DNA of 64,000 nt from Spirochaetales bacterium (GTDB lineage Bacteria; Spirochaetota; Spirochaetia; JABEVK01). This document shows, piece by piece, positions 34,441 through 44,155 of this stretch. The stretch's first letter is position 1. Every line of letters begins with the position of its first letter. A program made the translations under genes and the position numbers. A model generated the notes under the pieces. It was not told the origin of the DNA. It was given only the letters and a program-made list of their open reading frames with translations, and did no database searches. The stretch is from positions 29,628-93,627 of the forward strand of contig DAIDHT010000014.1 in the NCBI GenBank assembly GCA_027451945.1, written 5' to 3'.

Positions 34441-34860
34441 AGCCTTGAGCTGTGTTTTCTCGGTAGCCGAGGGTAGTGTAAGGTTTCCTTCTAAGTGCCC
34501 CTGAGCTAAGGTTTGCCCACTAGAGGTCATCACCCGGTAGACCAACGAAGTCAAGGTCAGGTCTTTGTCTCCCGCTTTCCAAATAAGGTGGAACCAAACC
34601 ACCCGGTCAGCCCCATAGGTTTTAGCCAACCCTTTGAGACGAACAGTATCGCCTTGAGAGTCCGTCGCATCGTCCAGCAAATCAAAGGCCACCTCACCTT
34701 GATTGAATAAATCGTCAAACACTGTTTCTACCAAAGCACTCTCGACCTGAGGGTGAAGGTCTGTGGCAGGCAACTCTTGCGAGTGGCAGACCAACACGGT
34801 TTCGGCGGAGACGGCGCCTCCCAAAACCCCCAAAAATACCAGTACAGCCCAAAAACGCAT
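34396..34860 (-). CDS. Hypothetical exported protein
   Basis: AGGAGG SD before ATG 34860; signal peptide ending AVSA. Confidence 0.75.
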   Translation of the reverse strand: MRFWAVLVFLGVLGGAVSAETVLVCHSQELPATDLHPQVESALVETVFDDLFNQGEVAFDLLDDATDSQGDTVRLKGLAKTYGADRVVWFHLIWKAGDKDLTLTSLVYRVMTSSGQTLAQGHLEGNLTLPSATEKTQLKALQEAFSARVKAAWS

Positions 34861-34916
34861 AAGCACCTCCTTTGTCAGTTTCGGCACCCTCACCCGCCAA
34901 ACTGAATTTTCCTTGA

Positions 34917-34945
34917 TTGAAGCAGAAATCGAATCATGGTAGACT
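34917..34945 (+). promoter_or_regulatory. Promoter TTGAAG-N17-TAGACT with extended TG, probably leaderless
   Basis: -10 ends 6 nt before GTG 34952; no SD. Confidence 0.65.
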
Positions 34946-34951
34946 TTAGGC

Positions 34952-35542
34952 GTGAACTTTTACGTGATTAGGGTTAAACCCCGTGGTGAAAAATCTTTTG
35001 CCCAGCTTTGTCAAAAGCTCATCCCCGATGAACTTAAGGTTCACTTCCCCCGGCGGCGGTTAACAGAACGAAAACAAGGGGTCGTTAAAAAAGTCGAGTC
35101 ACCTCTGTTTCCCGGGTATGTTTTTGTAGAGATGCAAGACGCGATTACCCCAGAGATGTACTACCGCCTCAAAAAGGTTCCTGGGTTCTTTCACATTTTG
35201 AAACCCAGCGGTGAGTTACAAGAACTCAAGGGTCACGACCTAGAACTGGTGAAACACTTTTTGAAGTTCGGACAGGTCATGGAGGCCTCAAAGGTCATTT
35301 TTGACGAAAACCAACGTATCCGGGTCTTAAGTGGTCCCATGTCGGGCCTGGAAGGAAAAATCGTTTCGGTCGATCGCCGCAAGGGTCGCGCCAAGATAGT
35401 TCTCGATTTCGATCGCAATCAATTTACCATTAACCTGGCTTTTGAAGTTCTCGAAGCCGCGGCTGAGGCTCCTGTTGGCCCCTCCGGCCCTGTTGGCCAA
35501 TCAGCTTCTACCGCACCGACCCCTCAGGGAAATGCGTCATGA
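34952..35542 (+). CDS. loaP: NusG paralogue antiterminator (LoaP/UpxY type)
   Basis: NGN domain (FPRRRL..., PLFPGYVFV) and KOW domain (VLSGPMSGLEGKIVSVDRRKGRAKI); first gene of an operon. Confidence 0.82.
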   Translation: MNFYVIRVKPRGEKSFAQLCQKLIPDELKVHFPRRRLTERKQGVVKKVESPLFPGYVFVEMQDAITPEMYYRLKKVPGFFHILKPSGELQELKGHDLELVKHFLKFGQVMEASKVIFDENQRIRVLSGPMSGLEGKIVSVDRRKGRAKIVLDFDRNQFTINLAFEVLEAAAEAPVGPSGPVGQSASTAPTPQGNAS

Positions 35543-37011
35543 GCTCCCGTCGGTTGGTAATCATAGGCGCAGGCTTTGCGGGGCGGGCGCTAGCACGCGA
35601 AATCCGTGAGCGCTTTCCCGACCGAAGTCTCGAAGCGTTTTGGGACGATGACCCGGCAAAGATCGGTTCCTTGTTGGACGGTGTTCCTGTTTTTGGTCCT
35701 ATTTCAGCCCTGCAAACCCGTGAACCGGTCCCTGACGAAGCCATTCTCGCCATCCCCAGTGCCACCAAAGGCCAACTCAAACAAATTTACAACGCTGTTG
35801 TGCAGACAGGCATCCCTCGTATTCGAATTTTACCAGCTATCAGTCAAATCGTGGACGGCGAGGCGCATTTTGTTCTGACTCGAGATATCGATCCCCAAGA
35901 CCTTTTAGGTCGCAATCCGGTGCAGATTTCGCTTCGTCAAAGTCTGCGCTACCTTAGGGGCAAGCGGGTCTTGATTACCGGCGCTGGCGGCAGTATCGGA
36001 AGCGAGCTAGCCCGTCAGCTTTTGTCAGGGGGGGCCGAACGCCTCTACCTCTTGGGACACGGTGAAAACGCCATCTACCAAATCGATAAAGAACTGCGTC
36101 TTCTTCAAGCGGGGGGAGTTGGCGAGAAAGCCACCATCGTCCCCATCGTCGCCGATCTTAAGGACGCCCACCACCTGCAGTTTCTTTTGTCACGCCTCAA
36201 GGCTGATGTGGTGTTTCACGCGGCCGCCCACAAACACGTTCCCATGATGGAAGCCAACCCTGTAGAGGCCTGCGCCAATAACGTCTTGGGAACAAAAAAC
36301 CTCTTGGAGGCTTGCCTTGAGCATCAGGTGAAAAAGTTTGTGCTGATTTCTACCGATAAAGCGGTGCTGCCGCACTCAGTCTATGGGGTGACGAAAAAGA
36401 TCAGCGAAGATTTGGTGCTTGAGGCCGGTCTGCGAGGGCAAGGTCAGTATATGACTGTCCGCTTTGGCAATGTGCTCGGTTCCCGAGGGAGTATTGTTCC
36501 TCTCTTTCGTGAACAAATTCTGGCTGGCGGACCTGTCACCATAACCGACCCAGCCGCCTCCCGGTACTTCATGACCATTCCTGAGGCTGTGAGCTTGGTG
36601 CTCCAAACAGGAGGAATGGGCCAGGCGGGTCAGCTCTACCTTTTAGACATGGGTGAGCCCATTCTGATCGAAGATCTAGCGGCGCAAATTATACGATTTT
36701 ATGGCAACGAACCGGGCAAAGATATTGCTATTCAGTACATTGGCCTGCGCCCCGGCGAACGGCTCGAAGAACGGCTTTTTGCCCCCGACGAAGAACCTGT
36801 CCCCACGGCGTATGCAAGGATCAACCGTTTGGTTCGTGCACCCGGCTCGGAGATCTCACCACACCGGCTTGACGAGTTGCTACTCAAGCTAAAACCGGTT
36901 TGTGTTTACCACCCCGACACGGCAGGACAATACCGAAACAGGCGGGTTTTACGCGAGATTCTCCGCGAGTTTTACCCTACCCTGGAGGCCAAGAATGAAC
37001 CCGAGTTCTAA
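35539..37011 (+). CDS. NDP-sugar 4,6-dehydratase (CapD/PglF-like, no TM domain)
   Basis: IIGAG, DLLGR, TGAGGSIG, HAAAHKHVP, STDKAV, VRFGNVLGSRGS, RYFMTI, GLRPGE. Confidence 0.93.
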   Translation: MSSRRLVIIGAGFAGRALAREIRERFPDRSLEAFWDDDPAKIGSLLDGVPVFGPISALQTREPVPDEAILAIPSATKGQLKQIYNAVVQTGIPRIRILPAISQIVDGEAHFVLTRDIDPQDLLGRNPVQISLRQSLRYLRGKRVLITGAGGSIGSELARQLLSGGAERLYLLGHGENAIYQIDKELRLLQAGGVGEKATIVPIVADLKDAHHLQFLLSRLKADVVFHAAAHKHVPMMEANPVEACANNVLGTKNLLEACLEHQVKKFVLISTDKAVLPHSVYGVTKKISEDLVLEAGLRGQGQYMTVRFGNVLGSRGSIVPLFREQILAGGPVTITDPAASRYFMTIPEAVSLVLQTGGMGQAGQLYLLDMGEPILIEDLAAQIIRFYGNEPGKDIAIQYIGLRPGERLEERLFAPDEEPVPTAYARINRLVRAPGSEISPHRLDELLLKLKPVCVYHPDTAGQYRNRRVLREILREFYPTLEAKNEPEF

Positions 37012-38191
37012 GGTCACCAGCGTTCCCTTCTCGCGTCCTGTTCTTGGTCCCGAAGAGGAACAAGCGGTCGTAGAGGTTTTGAGGTCCGGTTGGCTTACCA
37101 CGGGCCCGCAGGCTCAGGCCTTTGAAACTGAGTTTGCCGACTACGCCGGAACCAAGTTTGCGCTTGCCGTCAACAGCGCGACGGCAGGCCTGCATTTAGC
37201 CCTCGAAGCGCTTGGAGTTGGCCCCGGGGATGTCTGTGCTGTTCCCGATTACACCTTTACAGCAACAGCAGAAGTTGTCCGGTACCAGGGCGCCGACCCG
37301 GCATTTTTAGATTGTTCGCCCGAAAGCCCGAATTTTGACCCCCAACGACTCGAAGATCTTTTAAAAAAACAGCGCGTTAAGGTGGTGCTTCCCGTGCATT
37401 TGACAGGTGAGCCCTTTGACAGCGAGGCCTTGTCTTTTCTTCAAAACCGTTACGGTTTTGCCGTTGTTGAAGATGCCGCACACATGATTCCCTCGCGACG
37501 TCCCGACGGCCGTTTGTGGGGAGCCGGAAGTGAGGTTGGTGTGTTTTCTTTTTATGCTAACAAGAATATGACCACCGGCGAAGGGGGGATGATTGTCACG
37601 GACAACGAAGCCTGGGCCCACCGTATGCGCCGTATGCGACTCCATGGCATCGACCGGGATGCCTTTGACCGCTTTACCTCGCGGCGGGGCTCTTGGGAGT
37701 ATCAAATTGTCGCTCCCGGCTTTAAGTACAACATGACTGATGTTGCGGCGGCGATTGGCCGTGTCCAGTTGACCAAAGCCCAAGCTTTTTGGACGGCACG
37801 CCAACGATTGGTTCAACGCTACCGCGAAGGTTTGGCGTCCTGCCACTCTTTAGAGTTACCAAGCTGGCGCGAGGATCATGCCTGGCATGTCTTCAGTCCG
37901 TTGCTGGCACCCGCCGTGTCCGCTTGGCGGGACCGCTTTGTTCAAGAATTAACGCAACGAGGCGTTGGCATCTCGGTGCACTACACTCCCCTTCATCGCA
38001 TGCAATATTGGCGCGAAACTTATGGGCTTAGCTCTGAGGCGTTTCCCCACTCAGCATCACGCGGCGAAAGAACATTTTCGCTTCCCCTTTTCCCTTCGAT
38101 GACCGAAGCCCAGCAAGAGTTTGTCCTTGATGCGGTTATACAAGTTCATCAGCAGATGAGCCAGGAGGTCGACTCTGGCCACTCGCCGTAA
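36995..38191 (+). CDS. DegT/DnrJ/EryC1/StrS sugar aminotransferase
   Basis: SGWLTTGP, NSATAGLH, EDAAH, SFYANKNMTTGEGG, GFKYNM; GGAGG SD before ATG 36995. Confidence 0.95.
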   Translation: MNPSSKVTSVPFSRPVLGPEEEQAVVEVLRSGWLTTGPQAQAFETEFADYAGTKFALAVNSATAGLHLALEALGVGPGDVCAVPDYTFTATAEVVRYQGADPAFLDCSPESPNFDPQRLEDLLKKQRVKVVLPVHLTGEPFDSEALSFLQNRYGFAVVEDAAHMIPSRRPDGRLWGAGSEVGVFSFYANKNMTTGEGGMIVTDNEAWAHRMRRMRLHGIDRDAFDRFTSRRGSWEYQIVAPGFKYNMTDVAAAIGRVQLTKAQAFWTARQRLVQRYREGLASCHSLELPSWREDHAWHVFSPLLAPAVSAWRDRFVQELTQRGVGISVHYTPLHRMQYWRETYGLSSEAFPHSASRGERTFSLPLFPSMTEAQQEFVLDAVIQVHQQMSQEVDSGHSP

Positions 38192-40301
38192 GACGTCATC
38201 AGACCCCATTCGCGACCCTCTCTTTCACCCCGATCCCCGGCTTTTCGAGACTCCACCGGGAATGCTTTTTGGCTTAACCCTTCGTTCGCCGGTCGCGCAT
38301 GGCAAGCTTTTGGCTATGGTTCACCCCCCGCTTCCCGAGGGCTTTACGCTTTTGCGGGCTGAAGATCTTCCGGGAAGCGATGTTCTACACGTGCTAAAAA
38401 GCCGTCTGCCTCTGCTCAACGGTGATCTCATACGCTATGTTGGTGAACCGATTGCTTTGGTGTCAGGACCAAATGAAACTTTGGTGCGCTCCTGGGCCAA
38501 AAAGGTACGCTTTTTATTTCAGAAACCGACTCTGGACCAATATAGCCAGGGTATACGGCTCAAATCGCGGTCGCTGGCAGGGGGGCACTACATCCCTGAT
38601 GACCAAAACGTGCGCCTCATCGAGGGGGTCTACTCGACAGGGGCTCAAGATGCCGGGGTATTTGATGCCTGCGAAGCTACTGCCCTTGTTCAGAACGACG
38701 AGGCCTGGCTGAGCGTCAAAAGCCAATGGCCAGGAAATGTGGTTCACAGTGTCGCCCGCGCCTTGGGGCTCGAAGCGAACAAGGTGAAGGTCAAAGCGCG
38801 GCCGTCGTCAGCCCACCTCAATAGTCAAGTTTGGTTTCCGACAGTGCTTGCCGTCCACGCCGCCCTGTTGTCGCAAGCTAGTGGGCATCCGGTCAGAATG
38901 ACGCTGAGCAAGGACGAAGAGTTTTTCTATTCGCCCAAGCGACCAGAGTCCCGAATTCTCCTCCGCTCAACCGTTGACGCCCAAGGCCGCATTCTCGACT
39001 TCTCGGCAGACGCCGTGCTCAATGTTGGTGCTTATGGTGTCCTCGAAGAGGAATTGCTTGATCGCTGTATCCTGGGCCTCTTGACGCCTTACCGTTTTGG
39101 GGCGTTCCAAGCCAATGCTCATGCCGAGCTGAGCCACACTCCTCCTCGTGGTCCCGTAGGGGGCATGGGAGAAAACCTAGGAACGTTTGCGCTGGAAAGC
39201 CACGTTCAAGATATCTGCGAGGCTCTCGAGCTGGACCCCCTTGCCTGGCGAAAGGATAACGCACTGGGCCGTGATCAAATCGCTTTTACGGGCGAAGCGT
39301 GGAAAGCAGATGCCCCCTTAACAGCGCTCGTTTCTGAGCTAGGCAAAGCGTCAGATTTTGGGCGCAAATATGCTAGCTTTCATCAACTGAATTCGCGAAC
39401 GCAAGAATGGCGAGATGAAGCTCTCCCCTTAAGAGGCATAGGGCTGGCTACGGGTTTTCAAGGAAACGGCTTTTTAGCCGGGGGAACTTCTACGGTGAAT
39501 CTCGAGATACGGCTTGAGACAGATTCCAGCTTGAGTATCTTCTCCCCCTTGGTAACCGCCAACGAACACTTAGAAGCTCTTTGGAAACACGCGCTTGGCG
39601 ACCCCCTTGGTATTCCCCCTGAACAGGTTCGCATTTGTCCTGTTCTGACCGGGGAACATCCTACCGGCGGCCCGTCGCTGGCATCACGCTCTTTCGAAAT
39701 CTTACCGAAATTATTAGCCAAAGCTGGACATACGCTGGCTCAGCGACGAGCTCATCAGCCCTTGCCTTTGCATCTTCATACCCTCTTCAGGCGCAAGGCC
39801 AACCCGGCCTGGGACCCAGAGAACTTTACCGGTCAGCCCTTCTTATCGTTGTCGTGGGTCGGGGCGGTAGCCGAAGTGGAAGTTCTTCCCCTACTTTCAG
39901 AAATTCGTATTAAAAAAATCACAGTGATGGCGGATGCCGGGCCCCTGATGGACGAAACCTCTGCCCGAGATGCGATTACTGAGGGTGTTTTGTCAGCGGT
40001 GGGCTGGGTGTTTTCTGAGAACATCTTTTGGGAGAAACTCACCATCCCTCGGTCGATCTTTCAAAAATATCGACTACCCAGTGTGCGTGAGGTTCCTCGC
40101 CTAGAAATTCTATTTTTTCAGAATCCTAAGGGGAGCTCACCACGCGGCTTAGGGTCCCTAGGAAGCAGTGCAACAGCTCCAGCGCTCTTATCAGCGATTC
40201 GACAGGCTCTGGCACCCAGCTGGAGGCATTTACCAGTGACGAGAAAAATGTTAGACGAGGCTTTGAGAAAACATGAAGCAGAACTTGATCCTGAACGGTG
40301 A
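38175..40301 (+). CDS. Degenerate xanthine-dehydrogenase-family large (molybdopterin) subunit
   Basis: GML..LRSPVAHG, IRYVGEPIALV, GHPVRM, FALES, LDPLAWR; Moco and catalytic motifs altered. Probable CTG start 38175 (AGGAGG); ORF-track start ATG 38262. Confidence 0.85.
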   Translation: MATRRKTSSDPIRDPLFHPDPRLFETPPGMLFGLTLRSPVAHGKLLAMVHPPLPEGFTLLRAEDLPGSDVLHVLKSRLPLLNGDLIRYVGEPIALVSGPNETLVRSWAKKVRFLFQKPTLDQYSQGIRLKSRSLAGGHYIPDDQNVRLIEGVYSTGAQDAGVFDACEATALVQNDEAWLSVKSQWPGNVVHSVARALGLEANKVKVKARPSSAHLNSQVWFPTVLAVHAALLSQASGHPVRMTLSKDEEFFYSPKRPESRILLRSTVDAQGRILDFSADAVLNVGAYGVLEEELLDRCILGLLTPYRFGAFQANAHAELSHTPPRGPVGGMGENLGTFALESHVQDICEALELDPLAWRKDNALGRDQIAFTGEAWKADAPLTALVSELGKASDFGRKYASFHQLNSRTQEWRDEALPLRGIGLATGFQGNGFLAGGTSTVNLEIRLETDSSLSIFSPLVTANEHLEALWKHALGDPLGIPPEQVRICPVLTGEHPTGGPSLASRSFEILPKLLAKAGHTLAQRRAHQPLPLHLHTLFRRKANPAWDPENFTGQPFLSLSWVGAVAEVEVLPLLSEIRIKKITVMADAGPLMDETSARDAITEGVLSAVGWVFSENIFWEKLTIPRSIFQKYRLPSVREVPRLEILFFQNPKGSSPRGLGSLGSSATAPALLSAIRQALAPSWRHLPVTRKMLDEALRKHEAELDPER

Positions 40302-40755
40302 GGACGTAAGCCTCAAGGGCGAAGATGAAGACTCTCTTTTTGCCGTTCTAAAAGCAGAAACCAAACTTTTTTCGGGCATCATCTGTTGTCAGAAGGGTTT
40401 CTGCGGCCGCTGTCATGTACTCTTAGAGGGCCGCGAAGTTCCCTCGTGTTTGGTGCCATTTTATCAGGCTCGCCAGCGAGAAGTCGTGACCCCCGAAGGC
40501 TTCGCTGCCACCGAGGAACACCGGATTTTTCGCCAGCTTCTCGATGAGGAGGGGCTGGTGTTTTGCCACCAATGTACCGAAGCTCAAATCTTTCACCTGA
40601 GTGCCTACCTCGAACAGTTCCCCGCCCCCGAAGAAGAAGAATTGCGAACCGCGATTTCTGAGATACCCTGCCGTTGTGGTAGCCGTCCTGTTCTCGAACG
40701 TGCCGTACGCCGACTGGCCGCCCTCAAGGAGTCCGACCGTGCCGGACGAAGATAA
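40273..40755 (+). CDS. CoxS/XdhC-like 2x[2Fe-2S] subunit
   Basis: CQKGFCGRC..SC and CHQC..CRC. Confidence 0.88.
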   Translation: MKQNLILNGEDVSLKGEDEDSLFAVLKAETKLFSGIICCQKGFCGRCHVLLEGREVPSCLVPFYQARQREVVTPEGFAATEEHRIFRQLLDEEGLVFCHQCTEAQIFHLSAYLEQFPAPEEEELRTAISEIPCRCGSRPVLERAVRRLAALKESDRAGRR

Positions 40756-41599
40756 CCTCCCACCCCTGGTTCATACGCCAAAAACTCTAACTGAAGCTTT
40801 GGCGCTACTTAACGCCTATCCGAAAGCCCAGCTGTGGGCAGGCGGCACTGCCAGTCCCGAACAAGATTTTAGTTCACCGATCCGTCTACCGACTACCGTG
40901 GTGTCGTTGCACCTTGTCGAAGACCTGAAGCGGGTGCAGTACGGAGACAGGTTTGTTGATTTAGGGGCGGGAATGACGCTGAACCAAGTTTTGCATGTCA
41001 TGAAAGCCTTTCTCAACCCGGCGCTCCGTCAAGCGATTTTAGCTACTGGCTACACGGCGTTGCGAAACTTAGCAACCTTAGGGGGGAACCTCTGTCAAAA
41101 AGGATTCTTTGGCGATCTGTTCCCTGTCCTGCACCTCATTGGTGCGCAATTTGAGTTTCGTGGTCTTAGGTCAGCAAGGTGGCTCACCTCGACACAGGTT
41201 TCTGATGAAGGTAGGCTTACCCCCCTTGCCGGAGAAATCCTCACACGAGTCCGCATTCCCCAAGAGGATTGGCCGCATTTCTTTTATCAAAAAATTGGGA
41301 ACTTTCGCACGCCTTGGGATGAGCGTCTTTCGATGACAGCGTTGGCGCGTACAAAACATGGCCTCGTGGAAGCACTCCGCTTAATTTTTTACCTTCCCCA
41401 CACCGGTCTTTTGCGCCATCGAGGTCTCGAAGCTGAATTCGTTGGCCAACGGGTACCTTTTGCCCCCCGTTTACGTCAAGAAGCCTTAAAAAGCATTCAG
41501 GAGGCGATGCAGGAACTATCGTTACCTCCCAGCCTTTTTCAAAAGGATCGTGTCCTTCACATGACCCGTTGGGTGCTTTCGCAAATTCAAGACGATTAA
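40739..41599 (+). CDS. CoxM/XdhB-like FAD-binding subunit
   Basis: PKTLTEAL, AGGT, RNLATLGGNL, GEILTRVRIP; GTG 40739 after AAGGAG. Confidence 0.88.
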   Translation: MPDEDNLPPLVHTPKTLTEALALLNAYPKAQLWAGGTASPEQDFSSPIRLPTTVVSLHLVEDLKRVQYGDRFVDLGAGMTLNQVLHVMKAFLNPALRQAILATGYTALRNLATLGGNLCQKGFFGDLFPVLHLIGAQFEFRGLRSARWLTSTQVSDEGRLTPLAGEILTRVRIPQEDWPHFFYQKIGNFRTPWDERLSMTALARTKHGLVEALRLIFYLPHTGLLRHRGLEAEFVGQRVPFAPRLRQEALKSIQEAMQELSLPPSLFQKDRVLHMTRWVLSQIQDD

Positions 41600-41632
41600 G
41601 CCTCAAACGGACAAAATTTGCTCGAAGAGAGT

Positions 41633-42583
41633 TCAGGTTTTGAAGGGGCCGCCAGGTCGCCCCGAGCCTAGGCGAGACCGGGCTTCGGCTATCGCTTGCT
41701 TCCACAGTCGCGACACCATCACATTCAACTTTTCTTGCCTCTGTACAAAAAACGACAGCGACCGGTGAAAAATGCGCAGGGCGGCCAAAACATCGGGTTT
41801 AAGAGTATTTCTTGAGGCGCCATAACCAAAGTTTTCGATGGGACGCAGGAACTTCCAGTGACCAGCGTTATGGATAATAGGAATAACTTGTCCAGAATCT
41901 TGCAGATAAAAAACGCCCTCGCGGAGGTTAAAGGCCCTTTCAGCCGAGGCCAAAACAAAATTGTATTCGGGTGGCAAAGGATCATACCCACGCTCATGCG
42001 CATACAAGTTCACCACCACTTGGTCAGGACCAAATTTGGTTTTATTGATGATCAGGTTGTCCATCCAGGACGCCAGCTCATGAAAGACCGCGGGGGGCCC
42101 TGCCAGAACTCCCGCATTGAGCAGTGGTTTTAACGCTGTACTTTCACGGATACGTCGAAGAACGGGGCGGCTAAAAAACTCCTCTGCTAAGAAAAACTCT
42201 GATCCCGATTTTGCGTCTTCGGCCGCTGCACGGAGCCTGAGCCCCGGCGTCAACAACTCAGAAAAGTCCGACTGAAAAATAAGATCCCCAGAATCACATA
42301 AAACTGCCAGCTCGGCTTTTTGCCGGGCTAAATCCGTCGACAGGTCACGAAACCGAGCCTGGGTGACATGGATATCTTTACGGCAAGGGATTACCCCTAC
42401 CCCTTTATGTTCAAGATAAAATCGCTGGGCTAAGGACAACCCGTAGTCTAAAACCCGAACAGAAAGTCCTTCAGGTCGATGATCCAGCAAAGACGGCAAC
42501 CAATGTTCAATAAGAAAATCTCCGTACTTACGATCAGAGGCGGTATATAAAAGCCTTTGTCCTCGTTCCACTGCCCCGCTCAC
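41633..42583 (-). CDS. GT-A fold (GT8-like) glycosyltransferase
   Basis: CDSGDLIFQ, LNAGVLAG, DQVVVN, YNF, IIHNAG; GTGA overlap with the NUDIX stop. Confidence 0.7.
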   Translation of the reverse strand: MSGAVERGQRLLYTASDRKYGDFLIEHWLPSLLDHRPEGLSVRVLDYGLSLAQRFYLEHKGVGVIPCRKDIHVTQARFRDLSTDLARQKAELAVLCDSGDLIFQSDFSELLTPGLRLRAAAEDAKSGSEFFLAEEFFSRPVLRRIRESTALKPLLNAGVLAGPPAVFHELASWMDNLIINKTKFGPDQVVVNLYAHERGYDPLPPEYNFVLASAERAFNLREGVFYLQDSGQVIPIIHNAGHWKFLRPIENFGYGASRNTLKPDVLAALRIFHRSLSFFVQRQEKLNVMVSRLWKQAIAEARSRLGSGRPGGPFKT

Positions 42584-43143
42584 TTCAAACCGTATGTGTA
42601 CCGCTCCCACCAGAAAAGAGCCAGGCTCATGATACCGTGACTTTCGTTTCCGCTAAGACTACGGCGAACCTCTGGTATTGGGATGATTCCCACCGTCAGA
42701 TGCTCGTTCGGATCAAGTTCTAACTCCTGATGGACGTGATGAGCGCCACGGGCCAAAAACGTCCACACACGGTTTGTTAAAAAAGCGGGATTAGAATTGC
42801 AATTCCCTAACAGGACAAGCTCGTCAGCCTCAAAGCCAGTTTCTTCGCGGAGTTCTCGTTGCGCCGCTTGCCACGGTTCTTCGTTGGCGTCGACCATACC
42901 CCCTGGAAATTCCCAATACAGTTGGCCATCGCCGTGACGAAATTGCCGTACCATCAAAAAACAGTCGTTGTCTTTGTCGCGTACTTCGGTTATCACATTG
43001 ACCCAATCGGGAGCCTTGGCTACCACAAACGACGCTTGATGGCCGTCAGGCGTCGTACTATGCCTTCTCACCAAATCAAAAATGGGTGTTTTGATCAGGG
43101 TTTCTTCGGACTTAACGTGAAAAATTAGGTGTTCATCATTCAT
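42580..43143 (-). CDS. NUDIX hydrolase (ADP-ribose pyrophosphatase-like)
   Basis: VRQFR, EFPGG, Nudix box GMVDANEEPWQAAQRELREETG. Confidence 0.93.
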   Translation of the reverse strand: MNDEHLIFHVKSEETLIKTPIFDLVRRHSTTPDGHQASFVVAKAPDWVNVITEVRDKDNDCFLMVRQFRHGDGQLYWEFPGGMVDANEEPWQAAQRELREETGFEADELVLLGNCNSNPAFLTNRVWTFLARGAHHVHQELELDPNEHLTVGIIPIPEVRRSLSGNESHGIMSLALFWWERYTYGLK

Positions 43144-43150
43144 GGCTTAC

Positions 43151-44155
43151 CTACTTTGGCGTTGTTACGGGACCAGGGGGTGCCGGTTGTGGAACAACAC
43201 GAACCAGGGGGATATTATCGCGATCGGGAAGGGGTGCAGGAGGCCCTTCTTGCGGTGCTTCTAGGTATTTGGGTATACCCCAGAGAATCAAAAGGCGCCC
43301 TTCTCTCAGAAGACGACGATTGGCAGGCAATGAAAGAATGCGGTCCCAGTCCGAGTCAGCTAAAATAAGGTCATTCGGTCGTTCACCCCAAACTCCTCGG
43401 GCTACAATCCGCAAAGGATCAAGACCGATACGGTCCTGAAAACGTCGTTCATTAAATCGGCTCTGTTGAAAGGCGGCGGTACCCCATTTTGCCAAATACG
43501 AAGGATCCATTTGGCTTCGATCAAAAAGCGTCTGCCCCTCTTCATCCATAAAACGGGGCGATAAGGAAGGTTCCCAGCGAATTGAGGTTCCTGTACCGCG
43601 CCAGGGCAAGGGGCTCATGGCATAAATCACTATGCCAGAAAAGGGTCGACTGGGGTTCCACCCCAAAAGTCTTTTAAGAGGATTGGGTTGTTCGACAGGG
43701 GGTAAAAGCTGGGCCAAGTCCTTCCATAGGCCTAAAGACCAACGCATGGTCAAGACCTGACCTGAAGCGTCCAAGCGTGAAAAAACAAATTTAAGTTCGC
43801 TATTCAGCTGATCGACTACTGATCCCAGTTCCGGATTTTGTTTCAAGGCCTCGGCCACGGACTCGGTTGAGTTGAGCCGAACAGGCATCAAGCGCCTCAG
43901 GAGTTCCTGACGACGATGATCTTCAAGATACTGCTCGGCTTGATACTGCTGACGCGGCGCGACCGCGTCGGGATCGGTGGTGGGCACCACCGACAAAGGG
44001 CAACTGAGGGTCAACTCCCAACGGCCTTCTCCCCAGAGAAACTTCGCCGAAGAGGAAATTTGATCCGACTGTGCCCACGCCCCCGCGGGGATTCCACCCA
44101 GCAGGAGCACCGACAACGCCAGCTGAACCAGCCGACGCCAGGCATCACCGAGCAA
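43151..44155 (-). CDS. Hypothetical exported protein
   Basis: Signal peptide ending AWA; overlaps the upstream gene stop. Confidence 0.75.
   Translation of the reverse strand: MLGDAWRRLVQLALSVLLLGGIPAGAWAQSDQISSSAKFLWGEGRWELTLSCPLSVVPTTDPDAVAPRQQYQAEQYLEDHRRQELLRRLMPVRLNSTESVAEALKQNPELGSVVDQLNSELKFVFSRLDASGQVLTMRWSLGLWKDLAQLLPPVEQPNPLKRLLGWNPSRPFSGIVIYAMSPLPWRGTGTSIRWEPSLSPRFMDEEGQTLFDRSQMDPSYLAKWGTAAFQQSRFNERRFQDRIGLDPLRIVARGVWGERPNDLILADSDWDRILSLPANRRLLREGRLLILWGIPKYLEAPQEGPPAPLPDRDNIPLVRVVPQPAPPGPVTTPK

Noticed and set aside
38175-41599. XDH-like genes as pseudogenes
   Set aside because: Frames are intact and coupled, and Fe-S/FAD motifs are kept; the loss is concentrated at Moco-related motifs.
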